From: an uncultured virus (IMG/VR IMGVR_UViG_3300010051_000510)
Taxonomy: Duplodnaviria; Heunggongvirae; Uroviricota; Caudoviricetes
Strand: one strand, 5' to 3'
IMG/VR virus record: IMGVR_UViG_3300010051_000510
DNA: 64,000 nt
The translations under genes were made by a program, and so were the position numbers. Numbering within the stretch: the first letter of the stretch is position 1; every line of letters begins with the position of its first letter. A model generated the notes under the pieces. That model ran no database searches and was not told the DNA's origin. It saw only the letters and a list, made by a program, of their open reading frames with translations. Of the stretch, positions 36,783 through 46,393 are shown piece by piece.

Positions 36783-37057
36783 ACGTCCAGGCCTGCCGCA
36801 ACCGCCCGCTCACGCAGCGAGGTCGCAGCCTTCTGGACCGCCTCAGCTGCCGTCAGGACCCGTTCCAGTTCTGAGCTGAGGTTGTCGGTGAGATCATCGG
36901 GGTCCTCTCGGTCGCCGCGCGGGAGATCGGAGTTGCCGATCCTCAGCTCGGCAGCATCCACGCCAGCGCTCACAGCGTCGGACAGGTCGGTGATCTCGTC
37001 CTCCAACTCGCGCAGGACGTCACAAAGCGTTCGGGCGTCACGCACCGAGACAGGCAT
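36779..37057 (-). CDS. acidic helical hypothetical protein
   Basis: GAAAGGA SD before ATG 37057. Confidence 0.65.
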   Translation of the reverse strand: MPVSVRDARTLCDVLRELEDEITDLSDAVSAGVDAAELRIGNSDLPRGDREDPDDLTDNLSSELERVLTAAEAVQKAATSLRERAVAAGLDV

Positions 37058-37405
37058 CGCAGTTCCTTTCCAATAGCCCGACACGGCGGATCGGCCGCCG
37101 CGTCGCCGCACAACCTGGCCGCCCGCCGCCCGGATGTCAACCGCCCCGACCGTCGCCACCTTCGCACCCTCACGCGCTCGATTCCGCTGCTGACCTCGCC
37201 CCGGCCGCGGTGTCAGGCAATCTCCACATGGCGAACAAGCGCGAACACCGGTCGTAGCGCAGCACTTCCTTCGGAAACGCGGCGCCCGAGCTGGGACAGG
37301 GAACGCTACAAGCTGGCGCGTTCACGCTCGTCGTTGCTCGCGCTCGCGCCTCGAAAGAGGAGGCGGATAAGGTGCCTACATCGGCTTCCGACGCCGACCT
37401 CAGCC

Positions 37406-37651
37406 ATGAGCACGTACATTCCCGCATTGAACCTCCGAGCCGAAGACTTGGATCTCACCGACGCTGATGACCGCGCGGCCTTCCGCCAGCGCGTCGATCA
37501 GATGTTCGCCGGCGGCCGCCTCGAAGCGATGCACGCCGCGATCCGCGAGCTGGGCGGCGCCGCCCAGCCTCGCGCCCGCGCGGCCGCGACGCGAAGCATC
37601 GCGGACCTGTACATCAGCTCACGCCGCGGCAATATACCCAGGCGTCCGTAA
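37406..37651 (+). CDS. hypothetical protein
   Basis: CGGATAAGGTG at 37364-37374; ATG 37406. Confidence 0.6.
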   Translation: MSTYIPALNLRAEDLDLTDADDRAAFRQRVDQMFAGGRLEAMHAAIRELGGAAQPRARAAATRSIADLYISSRRGNIPRRP

Positions 37652-37754
37652 CACCTGAGGGCGGCGCCGGGCAGACCGCCCAGCGCGCCCGAGCGCAGAT
37701 CGTCTGCACGCAGCCTTCAGCTGCGAGCCGCGGTCGGCGGCATAGGTTGCAGGT

Positions 37755-37988
37755 ATGAACGCTCTGCGCGGAGCACGGACGATGATCCTCCGGTTCCTTC
37801 GACGTCGGGCTGATCGTCCTGCGGCGATGCCCGGTGCTGCGGCCGAGCCGACGGACATGTTCGAGCGGCTGGTGCGCGGTGAGATCTCCTCCCGCGAGTA
37901 CGTCGATCATCTCGACCGCCGCGTCCGGGAGAACGAGCGCAACGCGACCGCCGTGCAGCGCCGCCGCGCTTGGAGGCGGGCCCGGTGA
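37755..37988 (+). CDS. hypothetical protein (SHOCT-like RGEISxxEY)
   Basis: TAGGTT 6 nt before ATG. Confidence 0.65.
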   Translation: MNALRGARTMILRFLRRRADRPAAMPGAAAEPTDMFERLVRGEISSREYVDHLDRRVRENERNATAVQRRRAWRRAR

Positions 37989-38218
37989 GCGTGGTGCGTG
38001 TCGAGGTGCGAGCGAAAGGCGCCACAGCGCTCCTGTTTGAGTGCACCGGGCCCAACCCGGTGTTCCCGCGCGTCGGCGAGCAGGTCGAGTTCGGCGACGG
38101 TGTGGGTGTCGTGGAGACGGTCACCTGGAAGCCGCTGGCGTCCGGCCGCAAACGCAACGCGGACATGCTGATCGTCGTCGAATGCGTCCCCGCCCCGACA
38201 ACGGGAAGTCGCCGGTGA
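37985..38218 (+). CDS. hypothetical protein
   Basis: GTGA overlap; PRVGEQV...VETVTW resembles the 36329 gene. Confidence 0.6.
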   Translation: MSVVRVEVRAKGATALLFECTGPNPVFPRVGEQVEFGDGVGVVETVTWKPLASGRKRNADMLIVVECVPAPTTGSRR

Positions 38219-38649
38219 GCGACGACCGAACGGACGGCACGGTCGACGGCCGCCTGGCGGGCCGTGAGGCGTTGCAGCAGGCCAAGGAAGAGTGGGCTCT
38301 GCGGATGGGGATGGTCTTCGGCGCGCCGCTCGGGGCGATCGGCTACTCGATCGCCGGCTGGCTGGCGATCGGAATCGGCTGCGCAGTCGTGCTGCTGCTG
38401 GCGACAGCGATGTTCCTCATCCGGGCGATCGTCATCTCCGGCCATCAGAGCCGACAAGCCGACGACAAAGCCGGCTCGCGCGCGAGGCTGGCCTGCCGGC
38501 TGGGACGTCACCGCTGGACGACCATCCCGCCAGACGTTCAGCAGCGCGCGAACAAGATCGGCGCGCAGGCGGACCCCCCCGCAGTGGTACGCGGGCCGTC
38601 GCGTCCCGGAACGATGCTGGTACTGCGACGCGCTGCCACCCGGGGCTAA
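38215..38649 (+). CDS. membrane protein
   Basis: Two TM segments; CRLGRHRW. Confidence 0.6.
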   Translation: MSDDRTDGTVDGRLAGREALQQAKEEWALRMGMVFGAPLGAIGYSIAGWLAIGIGCAVVLLLATAMFLIRAIVISGHQSRQADDKAGSRARLACRLGRHRWTTIPPDVQQRANKIGAQADPPAVVRGPSRPGTMLVLRRAATRG

Positions 38650-38871
38650 AAGGCGACAGGTGAAAGACGCCCGCAGCGAGGATGAGGAGACTTCGCGCTG
38701 ACGCGCCCGCCCTGGCGACGCCAAGCCAAGACCGGCCCCGGCCGCGTCGCCCGCTCTCGCCGTGTCGCGCGCCGAGACCGGCGTGTACAACGGCTACCCG
38801 GTGCGCTTCATCGGCCCGGCGAAGGCTGCATCGGCTGACCGCCCGCCCATAGACCTGGCGTAGGTTGAGCG

Positions 38872-39282
38872 ATGCGTCACACCTTCAACCCGCAGCGGAT
38901 GCACCTCGCCGTCCTCGGCAAGATGGAGAAGACCCAGGTCACCGCCAGCCAGCTCTGCGATCAGCTCGGCATTCAGCCCGAGGACATCAGCCGGCTCGGC
39001 CATGGGGACGCCGACATCGACGTAAACGCGTTCATGAACCTGATCGACTGGCTGCAGGTGCCCGCGTTCGTCTTCATGGAAGGCCCGCAGCTCCCCGCCC
39101 GCGATCAGCAGCTGACCGGGCTCATCGCTGACCTGGACGAAAGCTTGCGCGACATGCCCGCCGGCCCCAAGCGCAGCGTCATGCTGGCCGCCCGCGACAC
39201 CTACGCGCTGGAGCTGGAACGGATCACGCTCAGCCCGCTGGCCGAGCACAAGCTGCCCTGGCGCAGCCGCCTCGCCGTCTGA
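38872..39282 (+). CDS. XRE/Cro-like HTH transcriptional regulator
   Basis: TASQLCDQLGIQPEDISRLGHG...FMNLIDWLQVP. Confidence 0.8.
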   Translation: MRHTFNPQRMHLAVLGKMEKTQVTASQLCDQLGIQPEDISRLGHGDADIDVNAFMNLIDWLQVPAFVFMEGPQLPARDQQLTGLIADLDESLRDMPAGPKRSVMLAARDTYALELERITLSPLAEHKLPWRSRLAV

Positions 39283-39322
39283 CCCAGGATTCCGCGCACC
39301 CGCCGGCAGATAACGTGCGGGC

Positions 39323-39910
39323 ATGGCATCCGTACGCCCCATGTACCGCAGCCGTCTCTTCGACGGGCACTGGTACTCGGCATGCGGGCGCGTACTCATC
39401 TACAAGGACCGGAAGGGCCTGTGGTGTCTGGCCCCGCTGACCGACGTGTGGGCGGGCTTCCTCAGCGCCGGCTGCGATATCGCGCGCCTGGACCAGATGC
39501 GCTTCCACAGGCTCACTGAGGCGGCCAACGCGCTGCAGGCGATCATGGATCTCGCCGAAGCCGAAATCGGCCCCGTCGAGCCGATCCAGGTTCGCCGGCC
39601 CCGAACATCCGACATGATCGCCAACGACCGCCTCGGCGGGCGCCCCGGATGGATCGCCGACTTCGACGGCGGCCAGTTCCTGTTCATCGCCCCCGACACC
39701 CAGACATGGAACGCCCGCTGGGAAGCGCACCGGATCGCCTTCCACGCCAGCGGCTGGTCATCGGGCGCGCTCAACGAGCCGGGCTACCGGACTTTGCTTC
39801 AAGCGCGGACTGCCGCCGCGACGCTGCTGGCCAGCCCGCGGATGCCCCACATCGAGTATCTGGCCGCCTGGCTGGACGCCCAAGACGAAGACGCCGGAGA
39901 GGACGCGTGA
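39323..39910 (+). CDS. WL-GL-F-TRR paralog family protein (SACGR subgroup)
   Basis: WYSACGRVL...LDQMRFHRLTEAANAL; GYRTLLQAR. Confidence 0.7.
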   Translation: MASVRPMYRSRLFDGHWYSACGRVLIYKDRKGLWCLAPLTDVWAGFLSAGCDIARLDQMRFHRLTEAANALQAIMDLAEAEIGPVEPIQVRRPRTSDMIANDRLGGRPGWIADFDGGQFLFIAPDTQTWNARWEAHRIAFHASGWSSGALNEPGYRTLLQARTAAATLLASPRMPHIEYLAAWLDAQDEDAGEDA

Positions 39911-40464
39911 GCGGGTCCGTGCGGCCGCTGCGCCGCGACCCGGACCGCCCCGGCTGGTGGACCTCCGCCTGCGGTCGGATCCTGTTCGTACGCCGCCGCG
40001 AAGGCGGCTACAGCGTCAGCCCGGCCGCGGCGCGCTGGTGGGGGATCCTCAGCGAGGTCTGCGACCCCGCCCAGCTTGAACGCCAGACCTTCCCGCGGCT
40101 CACGGACGCGGTCCGGGCCGTGCAGCCTATCCTCGACCTCACCGACGAGCGGCCGGAGTCGAGCCCTCCTGCCTGCACCCGCCAGCCGACCAGCACGGAA
40201 CGGCGCATCTACAACCTCGGCCGCGGCGCCCTCGTCAGCGACTTCTCCGCTGGCGGCGTGTTCGCCTACCAGCGCGAGAACGCCAGCTGGATCGTCACCC
40301 GCCACTACCCGGGGACGGTCGGCGGGCGGGCGGGCGAGAAGGTCACCCACGGAACGTTCCGCACCCTCACCGCCGCCCGGCGCGCCGCCGCGCGCTTCGA
40401 CGCGTCCCCGCAACTGGCCGCCTACCAGATCTCCCAGGCGCGTGACCGGGCCGTCCGCAGCTGA
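39907..40464 (+). CDS. WL-GL-F-TRR paralog family protein (SACGR subgroup)
   Basis: WTSACGRIL...LERQTFPRLTDAVRAV; TFRTLTAARR. Confidence 0.7.
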   Translation: MSGSVRPLRRDPDRPGWWTSACGRILFVRRREGGYSVSPAAARWWGILSEVCDPAQLERQTFPRLTDAVRAVQPILDLTDERPESSPPACTRQPTSTERRIYNLGRGALVSDFSAGGVFAYQRENASWIVTRHYPGTVGGRAGEKVTHGTFRTLTAARRAAARFDASPQLAAYQISQARDRAVRS

Positions 40465-40504
40465 CCTCGACCGCACCCGTCGTCGCGGCGGATAACGTGC
40501 GTTC

Positions 40505-41332
40505 ATGAAGCTAATCGCTCGTAAGCGTCGTCAGGACTCGCCGCGGGACGGGTTCCGCTGGGCCCAGGACGTGCTGGTCTCCGAAAGCGCGCAGGAGGTC
40601 CGCGAGGACGGATGGATCGGCCGGATGTGTCTCAACCCGGACGCCCGCGAGGAGATCCACTTCCGTTACGCCACCGTTTTCATCTCCGCCGCCTACGACC
40701 CCGCCCTGACCCTGGACCGTCTCGACCTGCGTTTCTCTCAGCTGACCGGGATGCTGCGCAAGGCCGTCCGTGAGGTCTTCATCATCGCCGCCAAGGGCGA
40801 TCAGGTCAGCGCCTCCGGGCGGCCCGCAGGCGGCTTCGCGAACCTTCGCGCCCACCGGATCACCATCACCGGGACCGGCAAACGCCACCAGGGGACTGCG
40901 CAGCTGCCGCTGTCGCTGTTCGCTCACGAGGCTGCGCACCTGGCCAACGAGAAGACCGGCGGATGCGCGAGCTGGCTGGAAACCTGGTGGGGTCACGCCG
41001 TGAAGGCCGAGCCGGCCGGTATCGGCGGCACCTGCTACCAGCAGTCGGAGTGGGAGCGGGAGATGTGGGCGGAACTGGTCAGCAACATCCTCTGCCGCTG
41101 CGCCGGGGAACCCGCCCAGAAGGCGACCGTCCATGCCGACAACGGCGTGTTCGAGAACCTGGAGCTGCTGGACGCGCTGCCGCGTCGCGGGGAGGTCGCC
41201 CAGATGTACGTCGATGGGCGCCGCAACCCCCACTGGTTTGAGCGCAGCGCCGCGGCCGACCGCGCCGCGGAGATCAAGATGATCGGCCAGCTGATGTCCG
41301 GCAAGACTATCGAGCAGGTCCTGGCCGCCTGA
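40505..41332 (+). CDS. zincin-like HExxH metallopeptidase, paralog 1
   Basis: FAHEAAHL...W...EREMWAELVS...LPRR. Confidence 0.7.
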   Translation: MKLIARKRRQDSPRDGFRWAQDVLVSESAQEVREDGWIGRMCLNPDAREEIHFRYATVFISAAYDPALTLDRLDLRFSQLTGMLRKAVREVFIIAAKGDQVSASGRPAGGFANLRAHRITITGTGKRHQGTAQLPLSLFAHEAAHLANEKTGGCASWLETWWGHAVKAEPAGIGGTCYQQSEWEREMWAELVSNILCRCAGEPAQKATVHADNGVFENLELLDALPRRGEVAQMYVDGRRNPHWFERSAAADRAAEIKMIGQLMSGKTIEQVLAA

Positions 41333-42051
41333 TGGGTCTGCGGCCTGCACGCTGGCGCCGGCCGCGCAACCAGCCGCCGCAGGGCTGGACGTTCCAGGCC
41401 GAACGGTGGGTCACCGACGGCCGTCACGACGCCGGCTGGGCCGGCCAGCTGGACCTGCACCTTCCCGACGGCCGCCTCGCCGACGTGTTCATCGCCGACG
41501 CCTACGACCTGCCCGCCACCGTCCAGCTGCTGCGCACCCGCATCGGCCAGCTGCCGATCGTGCTGCGCCAGCCGATCCGGACGATCGCGATCACCTCGAT
41601 CAGCGCGACCGCGCTCCTGGGCCGCCGCGCTGCCGTCGCGTTCGCCGCGCCCAAGCATGGGGTGATCTGCATGGGCGGCAACGACCGTCGCAAGCAGGGA
41701 GTCGCGAAGCTGGACCTGCGCGCGTTCGCGCATGAGGCCGCGCACCTGGTCGCCTATGACGGCGGCTGCCCGATCCCGCTGCGTCATGAGTGGGATGCCC
41801 TGGATGAGACCGAGGGGCGGTTCACGTCGATGACCGACTATGAGGACGGCGAGGTCTCCGCGGAGATGTGGGCGACCCTGGTCAGCGCGCGCGTCTGCGA
41901 TGACGCCGGCGAGCCTTCCTACCGCATGACCGTCACCGACCGCGACACCGGCGAGATCACCGACCGCAGCTGGCGGACGGTCTGCCCGGGCCGCTGCCAG
42001 ATCGTCGATCGGTTCCTGGGCGGCGAGCGGCCCGCCCAAGCCGCCGCATGA
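41332..42051 (+). CDS. zincin-like HExxH metallopeptidase, paralog 2
   Basis: FAHEAAHL...W...TDY...AEMWATLVS...CPGR. Confidence 0.7.
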   Translation: MGLRPARWRRPRNQPPQGWTFQAERWVTDGRHDAGWAGQLDLHLPDGRLADVFIADAYDLPATVQLLRTRIGQLPIVLRQPIRTIAITSISATALLGRRAAVAFAAPKHGVICMGGNDRRKQGVAKLDLRAFAHEAAHLVAYDGGCPIPLRHEWDALDETEGRFTSMTDYEDGEVSAEMWATLVSARVCDDAGEPSYRMTVTDRDTGEITDRSWRTVCPGRCQIVDRFLGGERPAQAAA

Positions 42052-42079
42052 CAGCCTGATATCCCCTCACCTCAATGAG

Positions 42080-42163
42080 CGGGCGGCCTCAGGCCGCCCG
42101 GTTCTAGGTTTACCTAGAACCGAATCCCCGCTTAAGAGTTGTGGGTCAATTTGGTTGACCCAC
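42080..42163. repeat. cluster of three perfect palindromes
   Basis: CGGGCGGCCT-C-AGGCCGCCCG; CGGTTCTAGGT-TT-ACCTAGAACCG; GTGGGTCAA-TTTGG-TTGACCCAC. Confidence 0.85.
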
Positions 42164-42225
42164 CAGAGGTCTCAGACGAAACGAAATTGACCCCGGCGAC
42201 ACGCAGCACCACGTAACGTCGGCGC

Positions 42226-42417
42226 ATGAGCGACATGACCGATTTCGAGCTGGCTGATCGCCTCGTCGGGCTGATCGCCCTGGAAACCGACCTGCTGGAC
42301 CCAGACCGCGAATGCGAGTACGGCGACGACGGCCCATGCGCCGACCTGGCCGACTCCGACACCTGCGGCCCCTGCGAAGCGCGACTGCTCGCCGCCGAAG
42401 TCCGACGTCGTTCCTGA
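42226..42417 (+). CDS. small acidic Cys4 protein
   Basis: TAACGT 6 nt before ATG; C..C..CGPC. Confidence 0.65.
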   Translation: MSDMTDFELADRLVGLIALETDLLDPDRECEYGDDGPCADLADSDTCGPCEARLLAAEVRRRS

Positions 42418-42522
42418 CCGCCTTCGGGTGAGGATCCGCCCCGGCAAATAGCCTGCGAGGCGATCCTCCCGGGCATTTCCTCACCCGCCCGGCCCCGGGC
42501 TCCGGGCGGATAAGGTGCCTGT

Positions 42523-43143
42523 ATGAGCCGTCTGCCCAAGCTTCAGCGTCTGACCGCTCCCGGCGAGCATCTGGATCCGGTCAACCCGAGCGTGAAGGGC
42601 AGCACCTGGCTGATCGCCGGCAGCGACCTGCGCGCCTGCAGCGACGGCAAACGTTGGCGGATCAAGCCCCGGGACTCCTCCGACTGGCAGAACCGCGCCT
42701 GGTTGAAGGACAACCAGCTGTTCCAGGTCGCGTTCCTCACTCGCGAAGCGCTGCTGCGCGCGTACATGGCCGCGGCTGACGTAAGCGCGCCGCCGAAGCC
42801 GTCGCAGGATCCGCTGGGCCCGTTGAAGCGGATCAGCCGGCCCGGCGAGGACGTACTCTACGGCGTCGCTGACGTGCGGGTGTTCCGCGAGGACGGCAAG
42901 TGGAAGGTGCTGTTCGCCGATCGCACCAAAGGCTGGGCGCACAGCTCCCCGTCGCTCGCGAGCAGATCAATCGCCAGTACCGCAACTCGGACTGGGAGAA
43001 GCTGTACGCGGACGCCGCCGCCGAATGGGCGGCCGCTACCGAGCAGGAGCGTCAGACCGGCGGGTGGTGGATACGTCGCCATGAGCGCTACTGCACACGC
43101 GCCGCCGGCCACAACCCCGCCGACTGAACCGCGGCCGCGGTGA
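42523..43143 (+). CDS. WL-GL-F-TRR paralog family protein, probably frameshifted near 42935
   Basis: WLKDNQLFQVAFLTREALLRA; a better C-terminus lies in the frame ending at 43127. Confidence 0.6.
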   Translation: MSRLPKLQRLTAPGEHLDPVNPSVKGSTWLIAGSDLRACSDGKRWRIKPRDSSDWQNRAWLKDNQLFQVAFLTREALLRAYMAAADVSAPPKPSQDPLGPLKRISRPGEDVLYGVADVRVFREDGKWKVLFADRTKGWAHSSPSLASRSIASTATRTGRSCTRTPPPNGRPLPSRSVRPAGGGYVAMSATAHAPPATTPPTEPRPR

Positions 43144-43599
43144 TCAGGCGATCCGTTCGCCGCGCAGCTTCGCGTCAGCGACCCCGAGCCGCTGAGCGGC
43201 TTCGGCGAGCGTCGCGACGATGCTCGGCTGGCCGTCTGCAATCCTGATCATCCAGCCGGAACCAAGCCGGGTCACTTCCGTGTGGTTGCGGCCAGCCATC
43301 CGGTAGACGCCATCCCCGGAGGGGATCAGCTTCGCCTGGGGTAGCGGCGGGAGAGGATCGACGGCCAGCGCCGCCGCAACCGCCCGCGCCGCCTCACGCA
43401 GACTGCCGAACGGCCGCTGGTTCAGGCCGCTGCGTTGCACCCAGCCGACCAGCGACCCGTCCAACTCGTCAATGCCGAACGCGTTGGACATGACATACCA
43501 GGGAGCCGGCCCGTGGATCATCAAGCCAACCTCCGCCACCCGCCAGAAGTGCTGCAGCGTAGTGCGTCGCAAGCGCACACCGCGATCTGACGCGCTCAT
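43144..43599 (-). CDS. WL-GL-F-TRR paralog family protein
   Basis: WVQRSGLNQRPFGSLREAARAVAAALAVDPLP; ATLAEAAQRL. Confidence 0.75.
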   Translation of the reverse strand: MSASDRGVRLRRTTLQHFWRVAEVGLMIHGPAPWYVMSNAFGIDELDGSLVGWVQRSGLNQRPFGSLREAARAVAAALAVDPLPPLPQAKLIPSGDGVYRMAGRNHTEVTRLGSGWMIRIADGQPSIVATLAEAAQRLGVADAKLRGERIA

Positions 43600-43739
43600 C
43601 GCAAACCCGGGCTGGTTGCCATCACCGCGAACCTACCGCCAGGTGACACGTGGCTCTTGGTGATTGTCCAGGCGACCTTTTCGCCGATACGCCCGCCGTA
43701 CGCTCGCGCAACCCGCAGGCTCGCGGATAACGTCAAGTT

Positions 43740-44621
43740 ATGAACCTTCGCCGCAAGTTCCTTGTCACGTTCGCGACCGCCGCCGCGCTAGGCGCGGGCG
43801 TTCCCGCGATCGCTTCCGCCGAGACCGGCCCGATGATCGCCGTTCCCTCCACCGGCCAGCCGGCTCAGATCACCTCGCCCGCCGGGAAGTCCCGCGGCGT
43901 GGCGATCGTCATCCACGGCGGCGCCTGGCAGATGGTCGGCCCTGACGCGATGGCCAGCCAGCGCGACAACATCGACGTTGTCGTCGGCGCCGGCTGGACC
44001 GCCGTCAACATCGACTACCGCCCCGGCTACCAGAGCGTCGCCGACAGCATCGCCGCCTACGACTGGATCCGCGAGACCGTCGGGCCGAAGACCCCGATCT
44101 GCACGGTCGGCGACAGCGCCGGCGGTCATCTGGCGCTGATGATCGCCTGGAAGCGCCCCGACGTCGCCTGCGTGGTTGCGATGGGCGCCCCGACCGACCT
44201 ACCCGCCGTTCAGGGCACCCAGCCGTTCCTGTGGGAGGCCGGGGTCGTCGCGTCCTTCCCGCTGGATCAGCTGGACGCCCTCAGCCCCGCGCTGCACGCC
44301 AAGGAGATCAAGGCGAAGATCCTCGCCGGCGCTGTGGCCACCGACCCGGTCGTTCCGCCCGCTCAGACCCGTGAGCTGGTGGCCAACGCCAACGACGCCA
44401 AGGGCATGTTCCTCAAGCCCGGCGACGCCCCGTTCGTGCATGTAAACGCCGACGTCAATGACCGCGCCAGGTTCCGCGACATGGAGACCGACCTGCTCAT
44501 CCAGGCCGAGAACCGCGTCCTACCCGCCGCCGTCAAGAAGCAGCAGAGCAGCGCCAAGGCCCGCTCGCACACGCCGGCCAAGAAGAAGCCCAAGAAGACC
44601 TCCAAGAAGGACAAGCGCTAG
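43740..44621 (+). CDS. secreted alpha/beta hydrolase (HSL-like esterase)
   Basis: Signal peptide; IHGGAW, DYR, GDSAGG, DPVVP and His; Lys-rich tail. Confidence 0.9.
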   Translation: MNLRRKFLVTFATAAALGAGVPAIASAETGPMIAVPSTGQPAQITSPAGKSRGVAIVIHGGAWQMVGPDAMASQRDNIDVVVGAGWTAVNIDYRPGYQSVADSIAAYDWIRETVGPKTPICTVGDSAGGHLALMIAWKRPDVACVVAMGAPTDLPAVQGTQPFLWEAGVVASFPLDQLDALSPALHAKEIKAKILAGAVATDPVVPPAQTRELVANANDAKGMFLKPGDAPFVHVNADVNDRARFRDMETDLLIQAENRVLPAAVKKQQSSAKARSHTPAKKKPKKTSKKDKR

Positions 44622-44625
44622 TCCG

Positions 44626-45129
44626 GTGGCGCTGACGCTTCGCTGCGAACGGTTTCGTCCCAAAGGCCGCACCAGCGGCCTTTGGCATGTTCACGGCCTG
44701 CCCTTCTACCTGCATCGCGGCGGCGGCTTCGACCCGGCCCGGCGCGCCGGGTTCGGCGGCTGCAAACGCCGCGAGTGGCTGATCCGCGAAGGTGGCCTGG
44801 ACCGCTCCCAGCAGCTGGGGGAGGACGGCAATCTCGCCTTCGACGCCCAAGTGCTGCTGCTGCGCGCCGACCTGCGCAGCAGCGCCTTCCCGACCCGTCG
44901 CGCCGCCCTGGCCGCCCTGGAGTACGCGATCACCGTCGAGGTGGGGATCCTCGGCCAGTGGCATCCGCTGGGCCCGCTCGCCGCCCGCGCCGGCCTGCCC
45001 GTCCCAAACATCGACCGGCCCGAAGCGGCCCGCCGCGCCGGCCTGCTCGAAGATGCGCTGCGCGACAAGCCGATCGATGAACCGTCCGCGCCGGTTCTGG
45101 GCGCGCTGCTGACCAGCCTCGACACCTGA
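44626..45129 (+). CDS. WL-GL-F-TRR paralog family protein
   Basis: SGLWHVHG...LLLRADLRSSAFPTRRAALAALE. Confidence 0.65.
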   Translation: MALTLRCERFRPKGRTSGLWHVHGLPFYLHRGGGFDPARRAGFGGCKRREWLIREGGLDRSQQLGEDGNLAFDAQVLLLRADLRSSAFPTRRAALAALEYAITVEVGILGQWHPLGPLAARAGLPVPNIDRPEAARRAGLLEDALRDKPIDEPSAPVLGALLTSLDT

Positions 45130-45162
45130 CGAGAACCTCCCCGGCGCGGATAAGGTGCTGTC

Positions 45163-46032
45163 ATGAACGTCGAGGATACCGTCCGCCGCCTCCTGATGGA
45201 CTGGCCGTCGCTGTACAAGAGCCGCAGCGACGTGATGGAGAACCTGTTCTGCTGCTACGGCACCGGATACGACTGGATCGACGGAGAGATCGCCTTCGAG
45301 TACGGGGAGGACGCCTACCAGGAGATGCACGCCCGCGCTCGGGAGCGCCGCCCCGTCACTGATGACCCGCAGGTGATCCTCGCCGCCCGCCGCGCCGGCA
45401 TGAGCGAGCAGGAACGCCAGCGCGAGGATGAACGCGCCGCGGAGATGACCGCGCTGCTGGCCAAGTACCCCGGCGAGGAGCCCTACGTGCCGGTGGAGGT
45501 GGAGGTGGCCCGCCTCGAAGCTGACGAGGCGCGCTACGTGTGGGAGAACATCGACGCGCTCTGCCAGCGGCGGATGCCCCGTCCGCAGATCTACCCGATG
45601 TCGGAGTACAGCCCGCTGGCCCGCATCCCCGACGATGTGAAGGACGACTGGCTGGACGCCGCGCAGGAGGCGGTGTGGATGGTCCTCGCTTCCGTCACCA
45701 CCTCGGACGCTTCGATCGGCTACTCGGTGGAGCAGCAGGAGCGCGCCGTGTTTCGCCAGCACGAGTACGCGCGCGACGCGCAGGCCCGCATCAACCAGAT
45801 CCGCAAGGCCCGGCAGCATCGCACCCAATCGGCAGGCATGGGCGACACGTTCGACCGGGCCACCGACCGTCACGAGCTGCTCGCCCAGTCGCGCCTGATG
45901 ACCCGGCTGCGACCCGCCCCTGCGTTCTGGAAGTCCGTCTGCGGCTGCGGAACCGTCGTCCGCGACAGCAGCACCTACGGCAAGACCTGCCCGGCCTGCA
46001 AGCAACGCATCGGCCAGGCTCCGCAGAGCTGA
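45163..46032 (+). CDS. phage-type hypothetical protein with C-terminal Zn ribbon
   Basis: CGGATAAGGTG promoter; CGCG...CPAC. Confidence 0.8.
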   Translation: MNVEDTVRRLLMDWPSLYKSRSDVMENLFCCYGTGYDWIDGEIAFEYGEDAYQEMHARARERRPVTDDPQVILAARRAGMSEQERQREDERAAEMTALLAKYPGEEPYVPVEVEVARLEADEARYVWENIDALCQRRMPRPQIYPMSEYSPLARIPDDVKDDWLDAAQEAVWMVLASVTTSDASIGYSVEQQERAVFRQHEYARDAQARINQIRKARQHRTQSAGMGDTFDRATDRHELLAQSRLMTRLRPAPAFWKSVCGCGTVVRDSSTYGKTCPACKQRIGQAPQS

Positions 46033-46102
46033 GCGGCCACGCCACCGACGCGCCCTACCTTTCGTGTGACGCAACCCGGCCAGGGGCAGATAACGTGAAA
46101 TC

Positions 46103-46393
46103 ATGAGCGCGATGACGCGGCTATACGGGGTGCGGTTCGACACCGGCGAAGTGCTCAACGACCTGACCCGCTTCGGCTTGTACGCCGCCCGGATAAACCT
46201 GCAGCTGTACCTGTCGCTGAACCCGCAGGTCGGCGCCGACCAGGTCGCCATCCTCGAACGCGGCAGCGACGGGGACCAGTACCACTTCGCCGCGATGCCC
46301 GCCGACGAGCTGGACAGCATCCAGATGGAGCTGGCCGCCGACTGGCTCGCGCAGATGGACACCCTCACCGTGCAGGACGTGCTCGCCCCGTGA
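46103..46393 (+). CDS. hypothetical protein
   Basis: GATAACGTG promoter. Confidence 0.7.
   Translation: MSAMTRLYGVRFDTGEVLNDLTRFGLYAARINLQLYLSLNPQVGADQVAILERGSDGDQYHFAAMPADELDSIQMELAADWLAQMDTLTVQDVLAP

Noticed and set aside
37231..37255. CGAAC repeats as a LexA/SOS box
   Set aside because: The right half-site does not match GTTCG at the correct spacing.
44533..46368. 611-aa - strand ORF, and similar long antisense ORFs at 2196-3518, 25821-27209, 34342-35838, 50524-51867 and 55935-57359
   Set aside because: All overlap better-supported + strand genes in the mirror frame.
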